Shown one piece after another: positions 40,735-50,950 of a stretch of DNA of 64,000 nucleotides. Source of the DNA: Candidatus Methanomethylicia archaeon (GTDB taxonomy: Archaea > Thermoproteota > Methanomethylicia > Culexarchaeales > Culexarchaeaceae); the NCBI GenBank assembly GCA_038727515.1, contig JAVYVS010000001.1:614961-678960 (forward strand), given 5' to 3'. How positions within the stretch are numbered: position 1 is the first letter of the stretch; each line of letters begins with the position of its first letter. The translations under genes were made by a program, and so were the position numbers. Under the pieces are notes generated by a model that did no database searches, was not told where the DNA came from, and saw only the letters and a program-made list of their open reading frames with translations.

Positions 40735-42084
40735 GTGGTAAATATGAGTACAGTAGCAAAATTTGCTAGAGTTGGAGCACATAGCCATATAAAGGGTCTT
40801 GGATTAAAGGATGGAAAAGCATTAATGAAAGCAGATGGAATGATAGGACAAATAAAAGCTAGAGAAGCCGCTGGAATAATAGTTGAATTAATAAAGCAAG
40901 GTAAAATGGCTGGAAGAGCAGTTTTACTAGCAGGACCTCCAGGAACTGGAAAAACGGCTGTAGCAGTAGCTATTGCAAAAGAGCTTGGAGAAGACGTTCC
41001 ATTCATAGCAATATCAGGTTCAGAAATATACTCTAGTGAATTAAAGAAAACAGAAGTTTTAATGCAAACTATGAGGAAAGCTATAGGTGTTAGAATACAT
41101 GAAATGAGGAAAGTCTATGAGGGATTGGTAACACAATTGGATATAAAAATGACTAGACATCCATACAATCCATACCAGCAAATCCCAGAAAATGCAAGAA
41201 TAACATTGAAGACTAAAAGCGAAGAGAGAAGGTTAAGTGTAGGATCAGCAATAGCCATGGAACTTATACAGAAAGGTGTTAGAGAAGGAGATGTTATATG
41301 GATAGATTCAGAAACTGGAAAAGTTACAAGGGTTGGTAGAGGAGAAGAGTATACTGGAGAAAAATATGATATAGAAGCAGAAACATATGTTCCAACACCT
41401 TCTGGACCAGTATTTAAAGAAAAGGAATTCATATATACTGTAACGCTACATGATTTAGATGTACAAGTACATTCAAGATCTGGAGGTATATTCAGTTTAC
41501 TATTTGGTGGAAGAGAAGAAAAGGAAATACCGCCAGACGTAAGACAAGAGGTAGATAATTTAGTTAAGAAGTGGGTTGACGATAATAAAGCGGAAATTAT
41601 ACCTGGAGTTATGTTTATAGATGAAGCATCAGCACTTGATATAGAAGCATTTTCATTCTTAACAAGAGCATTGGAAAGTGAACTTGCACCAATAATGATA
41701 CTTGCAACGAATAGGGGAATCACGAAGATTAGAGGTACAGATATAGAATCACCACATGGAATACCATTAGACCTTCTGGATAGACTACTAATAATAACCA
41801 CAGAAAAATACAGTAAGGAAGAGATAAGGGAGATATTGAAGATAAGGGCAGAGGAAGAAGATATAGTTATAGATGATGATGCACTAGAACTACTTACGGA
41901 GATAGGAGAGAAAACATCATTAAGATATGCAGTTCAAATGCTTACACCAGCATATATAAATGCTAGAAAGAAGGGTAGGAAAAGAGTTACTGTGGAAGAT
42001 GTGGAAGAAGTGAAGAGATTATTTGCAGATGTTAAAGAATCAATGAGATATCTAAAGGAGCATGAAGAAGAAATGCTAAAGTAG
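40735..42084 (+). CDS. TIP49/RuvB-like AAA+ ATPase
   Basis: AHSHIKGLG, GPPGTGKT, SEIYS.E.KKTE, TLHDLD, FIDE, ATNRG, PHGIP.DLLDRL, SLRYA. Confidence 0.96.
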   Translation: MVNMSTVAKFARVGAHSHIKGLGLKDGKALMKADGMIGQIKAREAAGIIVELIKQGKMAGRAVLLAGPPGTGKTAVAVAIAKELGEDVPFIAISGSEIYSSELKKTEVLMQTMRKAIGVRIHEMRKVYEGLVTQLDIKMTRHPYNPYQQIPENARITLKTKSEERRLSVGSAIAMELIQKGVREGDVIWIDSETGKVTRVGRGEEYTGEKYDIEAETYVPTPSGPVFKEKEFIYTVTLHDLDVQVHSRSGGIFSLLFGGREEKEIPPDVRQEVDNLVKKWVDDNKAEIIPGVMFIDEASALDIEAFSFLTRALESELAPIMILATNRGITKIRGTDIESPHGIPLDLLDRLLIITTEKYSKEEIREILKIRAEEEDIVIDDDALELLTEIGEKTSLRYAVQMLTPAYINARKKGRKRVTVEDVEEVKRLFADVKESMRYLKEHEEEMLK

Positions 42085-42089
42085 AGAAA

Positions 42090-42560
42090 ATGATGAAACC
42101 TAAGATAATAAATGCAGAAACTATAATTGAAGCAATATCAAAGATAGAGGATGAAGGAGATATAGTAATACATGTTAGAGAACCGGAAAAAAGACCATTA
42201 GCGTTACAAAAGGAATTGGAAGAGGAAGTTATAAGGAGCTATTATCAAGATATTACAACAAACAATGAACTAAAGGGTAAAATTTCAAGTATTATTAAAG
42301 AATTAAAGAGTGATGGAGCTAAAACAGTGATAGAAGAAATTAGAGGGGTAATTGACATAAACCTATTGTATGTTAAGTTATATTTAGATCATGGGAAACT
42401 TAACGCTTCAATTATTACCCCAAGAATAGATTCAAAGGAAGCAATACATAAACTCCTAATATATGTGGAAATAATGTTAGAAGATTTATCTTTATCACTA
42501 GGATTGGCAAATGGAACTATAACTTTGATGACTATGAAAGTAAACTCAGATAAAAGCTAA
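42090..42560 (+). CDS. Hypothetical protein
   Basis: 156-aa ORF 5 nt downstream of TIP49 on the same strand. Confidence 0.7.
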   Translation: MMKPKIINAETIIEAISKIEDEGDIVIHVREPEKRPLALQKELEEEVIRSYYQDITTNNELKGKISSIIKELKSDGAKTVIEEIRGVIDINLLYVKLYLDHGKLNASIITPRIDSKEAIHKLLIYVEIMLEDLSLSLGLANGTITLMTMKVNSDKS

Positions 42561-43757
42561 AATTATACTACCAAAACTAAACATGGAAAGAAAGACTACT
42601 AGGAACCAGCATAAAAACTTCAATAAGCCATAATTAGTTTTTATTGGAAATTTTATTTCACTAAATAATTTCGCCATGAAGAATAATGGTATTGGAAGGG
42701 TGAGTGTTGAGAGAGCGGAAGCATATAGAGAAAGCTTAATCACATTAACATTAAACATTATTAGAAAAGCTCCAAGAAGAATTGAAAGAGAACTTAATAT
42801 AACCTTCCAACCAGATAAAATAGCATACCTAATCTTAGTAATTTCAGCAATATCCGCAATTAGTTCCTCAAGCAATTTAAAACTTGAAATAACAATAACA
42901 CTACAACTTAAATAAAATGATATCATAATTCCAAAGATAAAAAATATAGCTCCAAAACCCCCCAATTTCGGTATTAGTGTACATAGTATATCGCTAATAC
43001 TATCTACAATTTCCCCACGAACATACAATTGAGATGCACAAATCAACATTACTGAAACACCCAATACTAGGCTTTCAAAAGCTCCTATAACAATCCCATT
43101 ATACTTATTGAAAAGATTAGGTAGATTATTAGATTCATCAGATCCCTCATGAACTTCAAATAGAATTAAGTAACCACTAACAACACAACCCAATAAAGCC
43201 ATAACAGTTAGAAGCCAATCCTTAGAAGGAACCATTGAAATTGTTATAAATCCTCTTATAAACTCATCAAAATTACTATTATACCTAGCTGCTACTGGAA
43301 TTATAAGTAAAACTAGAAAGCTAACCAAGGATAGAAACATCCTTAGAATTGTAGATGAAGAGAAAATGGCTATAATACATAATGATAATGCCATTAATGG
43401 GGCCCAAAACTTACATGAAATATTTGTAAAAAATTCTAAAACTAGAGATGCAGCTGTAACTTCCGCAGTAACTGTTGCCGTATTTACCATGAACATAATT
43501 GAAGAACATATCATTGACTGCCTAACCCCATATTTAAGCTTTATATTCTCTATTAACCCTCTACCAGTAAAAGAACCTATTTGAGCTGAAATTTGTAGAA
43601 TAACTATCATTAAGAGGGAGGCTAAGAGTTTAGTCCATAGTAGACTTAAACCGTATTTTGATGCAGCATAACTATTGGCAACTAAATCACTGAAACTAAA
43701 TGTTACACCAGCCAATATCTGTATGATCAAAGATTTAATAGCCCCTTTAGAGGTCAA
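42546..43757 (-). CDS. Divergent NRAMP-family divalent metal transporter
   Basis: About 11 TM; KYG.SLLW, Q.SA.IG..TGRGL.ENI..KYG, N..T..AE. Confidence 0.78.
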   Translation of the reverse strand: MTSKGAIKSLIIQILAGVTFSFSDLVANSYAASKYGLSLLWTKLLASLLMIVILQISAQIGSFTGRGLIENIKLKYGVRQSMICSSIMFMVNTATVTAEVTAASLVLEFFTNISCKFWAPLMALSLCIIAIFSSSTILRMFLSLVSFLVLLIIPVAARYNSNFDEFIRGFITISMVPSKDWLLTVMALLGCVVSGYLILFEVHEGSDESNNLPNLFNKYNGIVIGAFESLVLGVSVMLICASQLYVRGEIVDSISDILCTLIPKLGGFGAIFFIFGIMISFYLSCSVIVISSFKLLEELIADIAEITKIRYAILSGWKVILSSLSILLGAFLIMFNVNVIKLSLYASALSTLTLPIPLFFMAKLFSEIKFPIKTNYGLLKFLCWFLVVFLSMFSFGSIILAFI

Positions 43758-43772
43758 AAGTTTATCCCACCT

Positions 43773-44084
43773 TTAACTCTTCTTTAATATATCCATTAGA
43801 CGTTCACGATCAATAATTAGATTTACAGAAATACCATTACTAGTTGTAGAAATAGAATCAATTTTAAATAGGGAATCTCTAACTCCATTACTAAGATCCA
43901 TCCTACTTAAAACTTTTAAAGCATCATTGCTAACAGTTTGAATATTACTATCAACACTAGATATCAAGTATGGTTTAATCTCATAACATTTTTTAGCAAT
44001 ACGTTTTGCAATAACATAGTTGTATATTATTGGGAGTAATCCAGAGAATGCATATATCGAAAACAAGAGGAATTCCTCAATCAT
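43773..44084 (-). CDS. Small membrane-anchored hypothetical protein
   Basis: N-terminal TM helix; AGGTG SD; upstream of the NRAMP gene. Confidence 0.65.
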   Translation of the reverse strand: MIEEFLLFSIYAFSGLLPIIYNYVIAKRIAKKCYEIKPYLISSVDSNIQTVSNDALKVLSRMDLSNGVRDSLFKIDSISTTSNGISVNLIIDRERLMDILKKS

Positions 44085-44191
44085 AAAGACACCTGAAAAA
44101 TAATGTGTATTAAGATGGATAAGTCGCTTATTAATTTACGAATGTAAAATATCCTATAAGAATACTACGAGACTACATTGTGAAATAAATC

Positions 44192-44869
44192 TTAACCCAG
44201 CAATTCCCTTAAGAAATTCATTGTAGCATTCTTAGGATTACTGGATTTAGTTATAGCAGAACCAACAACTATAACTTCAACTCCAGAATCAATTAACCCT
44301 TTAACCTTATCCAAGGTTATTCCACCAGCAACGGCAACTGGGATATTGAGGATTTTACAAGCTTTACGGATATAATCAATTAATCCTTCATATGCAGATA
44401 TCCCCAGATACCTCTGAGTATCAATACCCATGTGGAAGCAAACCATATCTACACCTAAATTTTGCACTTCTAAAGCACGTTCTAAAGGATTTGGAGTGGA
44501 AATTAAATCTACAACAATTTTACCATTATACTTCTTACAAGCTTTAATAGCCTCAAGAATAGTTGCATCACTTGCAACACCTAAAACACTCATTAAATCA
44601 GCTCCAGAGGAAAATGCAAGTTCAGCTTCTATGAACCCCACATCAATACACTTCATATCTGCAAATATTATGGCTTCTGGAATTATCCTTCTTAAACTCT
44701 TAACAGCATTTACACCAACACATTTAATTAAGGGTGTTCCAACTTCAATCCAAATGTGATCATCAATCCAACATTCACGAGCTAAATATTCAGCTAAATT
44801 TAAATCAACAACATCAAGCGCCAATTGAAGTGATGGAAAAGATATTTTCCGCATAAATACCAATAACAT
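44192..44869 (-). CDS. hxlA: 3-hexulose-6-phosphate synthase (OMPDC/HPS family)
   Basis: LQLALD, IEVGTPLIK, ADMK..D.G..E, H.G.D.Q, AVAGG, VGSAIT. Confidence 0.88.
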   Translation of the reverse strand: MLLVFMRKISFPSLQLALDVVDLNLAEYLARECWIDDHIWIEVGTPLIKCVGVNAVKSLRRIIPEAIIFADMKCIDVGFIEAELAFSSGADLMSVLGVASDATILEAIKACKKYNGKIVVDLISTPNPLERALEVQNLGVDMVCFHMGIDTQRYLGISAYEGLIDYIRKACKILNIPVAVAGGITLDKVKGLIDSGVEVIVVGSAITKSSNPKNATMNFLRELLG

Positions 44870-44910
44870 GTAGGAAAGAGAAATATAAAGGTATTAATAT
44901 AATTGGAAAT

Positions 44911-46116
44911 GTGAAGCAAAACACAATATTACAAGTAGTATTAGTAATTGTAATATTAGTTGCATCATTTAATTCCAATATTTATGCACAACAAGGAATA
45001 GGAACTTATACAATAAAATATAGAATTAAAATATCTAATTTTGGTGAAATAGATTATCCACTTACACAGATGAGGAATATGACTATTATAGCTACAGACG
45101 ATTACCAAAGATTAAAAGATTTAAAAGTATTTTTAAATGGTAAAAGTGTAGTAATTCGAGAGACAAAGGTTGATGAGTATAGGAATATAATAATTAACGT
45201 TCCAGATATACCAGATAAATTACCACCAAAAAATGAGGTTATCATAGAAATAGAGGTTAGTGTAGATCTATATGCTAGAAGTATACCGAAAATAAGTTTA
45301 GAAGATTCTGGAAGTATAGATGAAATACCTTCAATATTAAAGGAGAAATATTGTAATCTCACTGGATTATGGAGTAAAAGTTTAATGGCACAAGATATTG
45401 CTAAGAAGTTAATTGGAAATAAAACTAACGCCCTAGAGATGCTATTGACATTAATAAAGTGGATTGAAAGCAACATACAAATACCATTAGGTGGAGGTGC
45501 TAGAATGCCTCAGTATCCAGATGAAACAATAAAATCAAAAATTGGAGATTGCGATGATCAATCAAATCTATTAGTTGCGATGTGTAGAAGTCTAGGTATA
45601 CCAGCATATATACAGATGGCATTCATATATATTGAAGGAAGATTATATGAAGATACTCTATTTAATGGAAGATATAAATTAACTGCTAAAAATGCTGGAG
45701 GACATGCATGGGCAAGGGTGTATATACCACCATGGGGATGGTTAAACGTTGATATGACCTATTACATACCGTATGAAATTAAGGGTGGATACATGATTAG
45801 TATGAATCCATTAGACCATATTACAAATGGAGCGCTATATATAGCTAAAACAATAATAACAGAAAATTATGTATATGGAGATTACATAATGGAATTAAAT
45901 AAATGGATAAAAGAATTAAATGAATATAATTTAAAGTGGGAAGAAGAATATTCAATAACTCCATATAAAATGGAAAACCAAAACATATTTGCAGACCCAA
46001 TAGTCTTAGGGTCAATCCTACTATTAATTACACTAATAACTGTAACGATACTAGTATATGTAAGGATAACTAAGAGAAAACGTATAGAAACAATTAATAT
46101 AAGTTCAAAAATATAA
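44911..46116 (+). CDS. Secreted, membrane-anchored transglutaminase-like protein
   Basis: Signal peptide; GDCDD...MCRSLGIPA, HAWARVY...GW..VD.T catalytic triad; C-terminal TM. Confidence 0.9.
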   Translation: MKQNTILQVVLVIVILVASFNSNIYAQQGIGTYTIKYRIKISNFGEIDYPLTQMRNMTIIATDDYQRLKDLKVFLNGKSVVIRETKVDEYRNIIINVPDIPDKLPPKNEVIIEIEVSVDLYARSIPKISLEDSGSIDEIPSILKEKYCNLTGLWSKSLMAQDIAKKLIGNKTNALEMLLTLIKWIESNIQIPLGGGARMPQYPDETIKSKIGDCDDQSNLLVAMCRSLGIPAYIQMAFIYIEGRLYEDTLFNGRYKLTAKNAGGHAWARVYIPPWGWLNVDMTYYIPYEIKGGYMISMNPLDHITNGALYIAKTIITENYVYGDYIMELNKWIKELNEYNLKWEEEYSITPYKMENQNIFADPIVLGSILLLITLITVTILVYVRITKRKRIETINISSKI

Positions 46117-46132
46117 GTAGATGTGATAAGTT

Positions 46133-46660
46133 ATGGAGACAATTATAGATGTAATAAAAAGTAGAAGGAGTATAAGGAGATTTAAAAGAGATGAGAAAAT
46201 TCCAAGAGAAGATTTAATGAAAATTCTTGAAGCATCGATATATGCACCATCAGCAGGGAATAGACAACCATGGGAGTACATAATAATTGAGAAGGAAGAT
46301 GTAAAAAGGAAAATAGCGGAAGCAGCTTATAATCAAATGTGGATTACAGAAGCTCCAACAGTAATAGTTGTATGTGCCAATGAGAATAGGAGTGCATTAA
46401 GATATGGTGAGCGGGGAAGAACATTATACTGTATACAAGATACAGCTGCAGCAATACAAAACATTCTATTAACAGCACATTCCATGGGATATGGAACTTG
46501 TTGGGTTGGAGCTTTTGATGAAGAAGAAGTTAGAAGAATATTAAATATACCCATAGGTGTAAGACCAGTAGCAATAATACCAATAGGCAAACCCAATGAA
46601 AAACCATCAATGCCACCTAGAATACCATTAGAAAAATTATTGCATTACGATAAATACTAG
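46133..46660 (+). CDS. Nitroreductase family protein
   Basis: RRSIRRF, APSAGNRQPW, QNILL.AH..G.GTCWVG. Confidence 0.95.
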   Translation: METIIDVIKSRRSIRRFKRDEKIPREDLMKILEASIYAPSAGNRQPWEYIIIEKEDVKRKIAEAAYNQMWITEAPTVIVVCANENRSALRYGERGRTLYCIQDTAAAIQNILLTAHSMGYGTCWVGAFDEEEVRRILNIPIGVRPVAIIPIGKPNEKPSMPPRIPLEKLLHYDKY

Positions 46661-46744
46661 GGGAATACAAAAGTATTCTTTAAAGATGTTTTACATATGT
46701 AAAATGATACGTAAAATATACTTTAAGAACAAAATATTACATCA

Positions 46745-47953
46745 ATGAATGAAAAAATAGTTAAAGTACATAAGAAAATAGCCGAGAAAATACTAAATTA
46801 TGGAAGTAGTTACTGGGATGATTGCACAATATATACATCTAAATATGAAGATTCACATATAATACCTGAATTATTAGCAATAAGTATAGCAGAAGAAATT
46901 GAGGGAACGGTAATTTTAGATACAAGTAGATTGCAAAAAGAGGTAATATTGGAATTCCTAGAAAATTTTGATAAAAAGCCATCAATATTTGAATTCAATA
47001 CTAATAGCGTACCAATACCAGATGCATACAAAATTAAAATTGGAATTGAGAATATTAGAGAGAATGCAAAATTGTTCTCAAAAATTATGACTACATATAA
47101 TGGTAATAGTGAAGTGGAAGAAGAAATAGAAGAAGAAGTCATGTGTCTAGATAATGTAAATGAGCTAAGTAATATAATCATAATGAGCTACATGCCCCCA
47201 AAAATACGTGAAAAAATGAAATTGGAATTAAAAGAATATGTAAAGAAGAGGGGAAAAATGGAGCTAATTATGAATATAGCTGGAATAATAGGTGGATTAA
47301 TGGTGAACCCCATGATGGTAGCCCCAAAAGGAATAGCCATATTACAAGAAACAATAAAGAATATTGGTAGAAAGGATCTTAGCATAAATGAAATAGTCGA
47401 ATGGGCTAAACCAGAAATATTAAGTGAAATTGTAGAAGAAGGTGAAGGAACATTTAAAGAATTAAAACCAAAAGAGTTTAATATAATATTCTGTGATTTA
47501 AAACATAAAATACACAAACCATTCCAACTATTACTAGTATGGAGTTTAATAAATTCCATTGAGGGAAAAATAGTATTAAGCAATGCAAATGAAATAACAA
47601 AAATAGAATACCTAAGGGAAATTATCAAAATAAAATCTAAAGAGAAAGGATTGAAAATAGTGTACATATTTCAAGGAGAAGAAGAATTTAATGGATGGCT
47701 TGGAGATAAAAACGTAATATTTAATATAAAAACATCAGATTTAATGAAGATAATTAAGAATGAAGATTTAATGCATATTGCACAAATAATACATAACTTC
47801 TCAGAAAATAAATGCGTAAACCAATATGATAAAATAAGATTTATAATAAAGTATATGGATGGACCATGGAAATTGATGGAAGTAAATATAAATGATGGAT
47901 GGAAAGACTTCGTAAAAAATATGTTTATTAAATTAATGGAAATAGCTGCATAA
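46745..47953 (+). CDS. Hypothetical protein, possibly degenerate HerA/VirD4-like ATPase fold
   Basis: 402-aa ORF; GTVILDT, KIVLSNANEI and KGLKIVYIFQ resemble HerA strand motifs; no Walker A. Confidence 0.6.
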   Translation: MNEKIVKVHKKIAEKILNYGSSYWDDCTIYTSKYEDSHIIPELLAISIAEEIEGTVILDTSRLQKEVILEFLENFDKKPSIFEFNTNSVPIPDAYKIKIGIENIRENAKLFSKIMTTYNGNSEVEEEIEEEVMCLDNVNELSNIIIMSYMPPKIREKMKLELKEYVKKRGKMELIMNIAGIIGGLMVNPMMVAPKGIAILQETIKNIGRKDLSINEIVEWAKPEILSEIVEEGEGTFKELKPKEFNIIFCDLKHKIHKPFQLLLVWSLINSIEGKIVLSNANEITKIEYLREIIKIKSKEKGLKIVYIFQGEEEFNGWLGDKNVIFNIKTSDLMKIIKNEDLMHIAQIIHNFSENKCVNQYDKIRFIIKYMDGPWKLMEVNINDGWKDFVKNMFIKLMEIAA

Positions 47954-48001
47954 ACACATATATTTAAAGGATAAAAATTCATTTTGAATATTGTGGTTTA
48001 A

Positions 48002-48229
48002 ATGCCCAAGATCATTATCAATGAAAAGTACTGTAAAGGATGTGAAATATGCGTAGAAATATGCCCGAAACATGTATTTGAAATGTCTAAAGAACTGAGT
48101 GAAAGAGGTTATCACATACCAAAACCCATTAGACAAAAAGAATGCATAGTTTGTCATCAATGTGAATTATACTGTCCAGATCAAGCAATAGTAGTATTAG
48201 AGGACGATACTCATGAACATGGAAAGTAA
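48002..48229 (+). CDS. 2x[4Fe-4S] ferredoxin (2-oxoacid oxidoreductase delta-like)
   Basis: CKGCEICVEICP and CIVCHQCELYCPD.AI. Confidence 0.93.
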   Translation: MPKIIINEKYCKGCEICVEICPKHVFEMSKELSERGYHIPKPIRQKECIVCHQCELYCPDQAIVVLEDDTHEHGK

Positions 48230-48800
48230 AGAACTAGAGAAATTGGCTGAAGCAAAAAAGATATTGACACAAAGACTTGAAGAATTAGAAATAGAAATAA
48301 GAATGATAAGAGAATGCATAAAGATATTAGATGAAGAATTGCTGAAAAAGAGTTTCATATCAGCTGAAAAATTAATTGAATCAAGGGAAAAGGAGGTTAT
48401 TAAAGAGGTTGCATCATATGAAAAGGAATATGCAAAAATAACGTATAGAGATGTTAGTGGAGAAAAAAGTATTGCAAAGATATATATTGATGAAAAGATG
48501 AAGAGAATGAAAATAAAAATAGAAGAAGAAATACCGGCAGAAGCATCATTAATAAAAAACTTCTTAATAAGTGGAGTACTGGAGAAGATGAAGCTAGAAG
48601 ATGAAGAAAGAGTAGATAAAGGAGAAATAAAACCTGATGAAGCTCTAACATACACTTTGAAAACAGATGGAAACAAATTGAAAGAGATAATAATAGATAA
48701 TATTGATAAAGAAGAGAGAAGGGTTAGAGTGAGAAATGCAGCTAAATGGGCTTTCACAAGATTATATGAAAGTATTAGGAGTGGAGGTTCTGATGAATAA
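48213..48800 (+). CDS. Hypothetical protein (coiled coil plus conserved C-terminal domain; paralogue of 33205-33717)
   Basis: AKIYID, FLISGVLEKMK, LKEIIIDNI, AAKWAFTRL. Confidence 0.8.
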   Translation: MNMESKELEKLAEAKKILTQRLEELEIEIRMIRECIKILDEELLKKSFISAEKLIESREKEVIKEVASYEKEYAKITYRDVSGEKSIAKIYIDEKMKRMKIKIEEEIPAEASLIKNFLISGVLEKMKLEDEERVDKGEIKPDEALTYTLKTDGNKLKEIIIDNIDKEERRVRVRNAAKWAFTRLYESIRSGGSDE

Positions 48801-49815
48801 AGAAATATATGAAACAATATTTAACATGCCAAATCTAATGGAGAAGGCATTAATGGAATTAAATTTGAATGGTGATATTAAATATAACATAAATAAAGTT
48901 GCGTTTTTTGGAATGGGAGGTTCAGGTATAGCTGGAAGAATAATTTCTGAATGGGTAATTGAAAATGGAAAATTACAGATTTCAGCATATAACGATATGA
49001 AAATCCCCAGAAAAATAGATAAGGAGACATTGATAGTTTCAATAAGTTATTCAGGGAATACTGAAGAAACAATAATGGTAGCAGAAAATGCTTTAAGAGA
49101 AAATTATCCTTCTGCAATAATATCCAGTAATGGTAAACTAATTGAAATAGCAGAGAAAAACAATATACCATATGTTAAAATACCTCAAATATTTAATCAA
49201 CCAAGAGAAGCATTACCATACCTTTTCATAGCTGCAATAAAGGTTTTAATGGAAATCAATTTCATAAACTCTAAACATATAAAGCAAATACATGAAACCA
49301 TAAAAACATTATACAATTTAAGAGAAGAATTATCATTAGATAATGTACCAAGGAAAATTGCAGAGAAAATACATAATAAATTCATCTCAATATATACATA
49401 TGATCCATTAACAGTATCAGCAATAAGATTTAAACAATCATTAAATGAAAACAGTAAAGCCATAGCAAAAGTTGAAGTAATACCTGAAGCTGGACATAAT
49501 GCAATAATGGAACTTGAAGAAGACACTAAAATTCTAGGAAAAATGATTATGATATTGATTAGAGAAGAAGATATTGCAAATAGATTAATTGAGAAATCAA
49601 TAGAAACATTTAAGGAATTAGCTGTAAAACGGGAAATGGAATTAGAAGAAATTGTGGTTAAAGGAGGATCAACATTAAGTAAAATATTTTCAGCAATATA
49701 TCTTGGAGATTTAACCTCTGTGGAATTGGCAAATATCAAGATGATAGATGCTAGGAAAATTGACTCGATAAAATACTTAAAGAGTAAAATACGTGAATTA
49801 TATTTACATACATAA
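48793..49815 (+). CDS. Bifunctional phosphoglucose/phosphomannose isomerase (SIS domain)
   Basis: GMGGSGIAG, SYSGNTEET, QPR.A, RFKQ.LNENSK, PE..HN; start at ATG 48793. Confidence 0.92.
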   Translation: MNKEIYETIFNMPNLMEKALMELNLNGDIKYNINKVAFFGMGGSGIAGRIISEWVIENGKLQISAYNDMKIPRKIDKETLIVSISYSGNTEETIMVAENALRENYPSAIISSNGKLIEIAEKNNIPYVKIPQIFNQPREALPYLFIAAIKVLMEINFINSKHIKQIHETIKTLYNLREELSLDNVPRKIAEKIHNKFISIYTYDPLTVSAIRFKQSLNENSKAIAKVEVIPEAGHNAIMELEEDTKILGKMIMILIREEDIANRLIEKSIETFKELAVKREMELEEIVVKGGSTLSKIFSAIYLGDLTSVELANIKMIDARKIDSIKYLKSKIRELYLHT

Positions 49816-49864
49816 ATATAGTAACCCTTAAGTATTATGGAAAATAATATTTATCGGTGGAAAT

Positions 49865-50893
49865 ATGCCTAAGAAAATAGTAAAAGTTGGTATAAATGGT
49901 TATGGAGTAATAGGTAAGAGAGTGGCAGATGCTATAAAACTACAAGATGACATGGAACTTGTGGGGGTTGCAGATATAGCTTATGATTATAGGGTGAAGG
50001 TGGCAGCATTAAAGGGGTATAACATTTATGCATCAATACCAGAAAAGAGGAGGGAGATGGAAGCAGCAGGTTTAGATGTTAAAGGGACTTTAGAAGATTT
50101 AATGAAGGAAGTAGATATAATAGTTGATTGCACACCAAAAGGTGTAGGTGCAAAAAATAGGTTGATTTATGAACGCCATGGTAAAAAGGCAATATTTCAA
50201 GGTGGAGAGAAACATGAAGTTGCAGGAGTAAGTTTTGTGGCACAATGCAATTATAATCAAGCCATAGGAAAACAATTTGTAAGAGTAGTTTCATGTAATA
50301 CAACTGGTTTATGTAGAACTTTAAATGCAATTAAAAATGAATTTGGAATAAAGAGGGCAAGGGCAGTATTAGTTAGAAGAGGATGTGACCCATGGGAAAG
50401 CTCAAGACAAGGACCACTAAACACAGTAGTTCCAGAAGTAAAAATACCATCACATCAAGGTCCAGATGCACAAACAGTTATTCCAGACTTAAATATTGTA
50501 ACCATGGCTTGTAATGTTCCAGTAACATTATCGCATATGCATTTTGTCATGGTTGAACCTAAGGAGGTTCCAAGTAGAGATGAAGTTATAAAGGTATTTC
50601 GCAAGACTCCGAGGGTAAAGCTTTTTAGAGCTAGTGATGGATTTGATGGTTTACAAGCCATAATTGAGTATCATAGGGATATATTGAGACCTAGAGCAGA
50701 TGTATGGGAAGTCCCCATATGGGAGGAGAGTATAACTGTAAGTGATGGTGAAATATTTTGGATAATGCAGGTACATAATGAAGCTATAGTAATACCTGAA
50801 AATATAGATGCTATAAGAGCGATGATGGAAATAGAATTGGATGGTTTAAAGAGTATAGAGAAAACTGATAGATCCCTTGGATTAATTGGTTAA
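49865..50893 (+). CDS. gap: Type II (archaeal) glyceraldehyde-3-phosphate dehydrogenase
   Basis: NGYGVIGKRVADA, FQGGEK, RVVSCNTTGL, PSHQGPD, IPENIDAIRA. Confidence 0.97.
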   Translation: MPKKIVKVGINGYGVIGKRVADAIKLQDDMELVGVADIAYDYRVKVAALKGYNIYASIPEKRREMEAAGLDVKGTLEDLMKEVDIIVDCTPKGVGAKNRLIYERHGKKAIFQGGEKHEVAGVSFVAQCNYNQAIGKQFVRVVSCNTTGLCRTLNAIKNEFGIKRARAVLVRRGCDPWESSRQGPLNTVVPEVKIPSHQGPDAQTVIPDLNIVTMACNVPVTLSHMHFVMVEPKEVPSRDEVIKVFRKTPRVKLFRASDGFDGLQAIIEYHRDILRPRADVWEVPIWEESITVSDGEIFWIMQVHNEAIVIPENIDAIRAMMEIELDGLKSIEKTDRSLGLIG

Positions 50894-50950
50894 ATCTTAA
50901 ACTAAACATTTAACTTTTTATTTTCATAACATATAATAGTTGAGGATACT

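Noticed and set aside
41115-41801. Long antisense ORFs (for example 41115-41801, 16230-16799, 48197-48817, 49197-49739)
   Set aside because: They are shadows of well-supported genes on the opposite strand, with S/F/I/L-rich composition and no motifs
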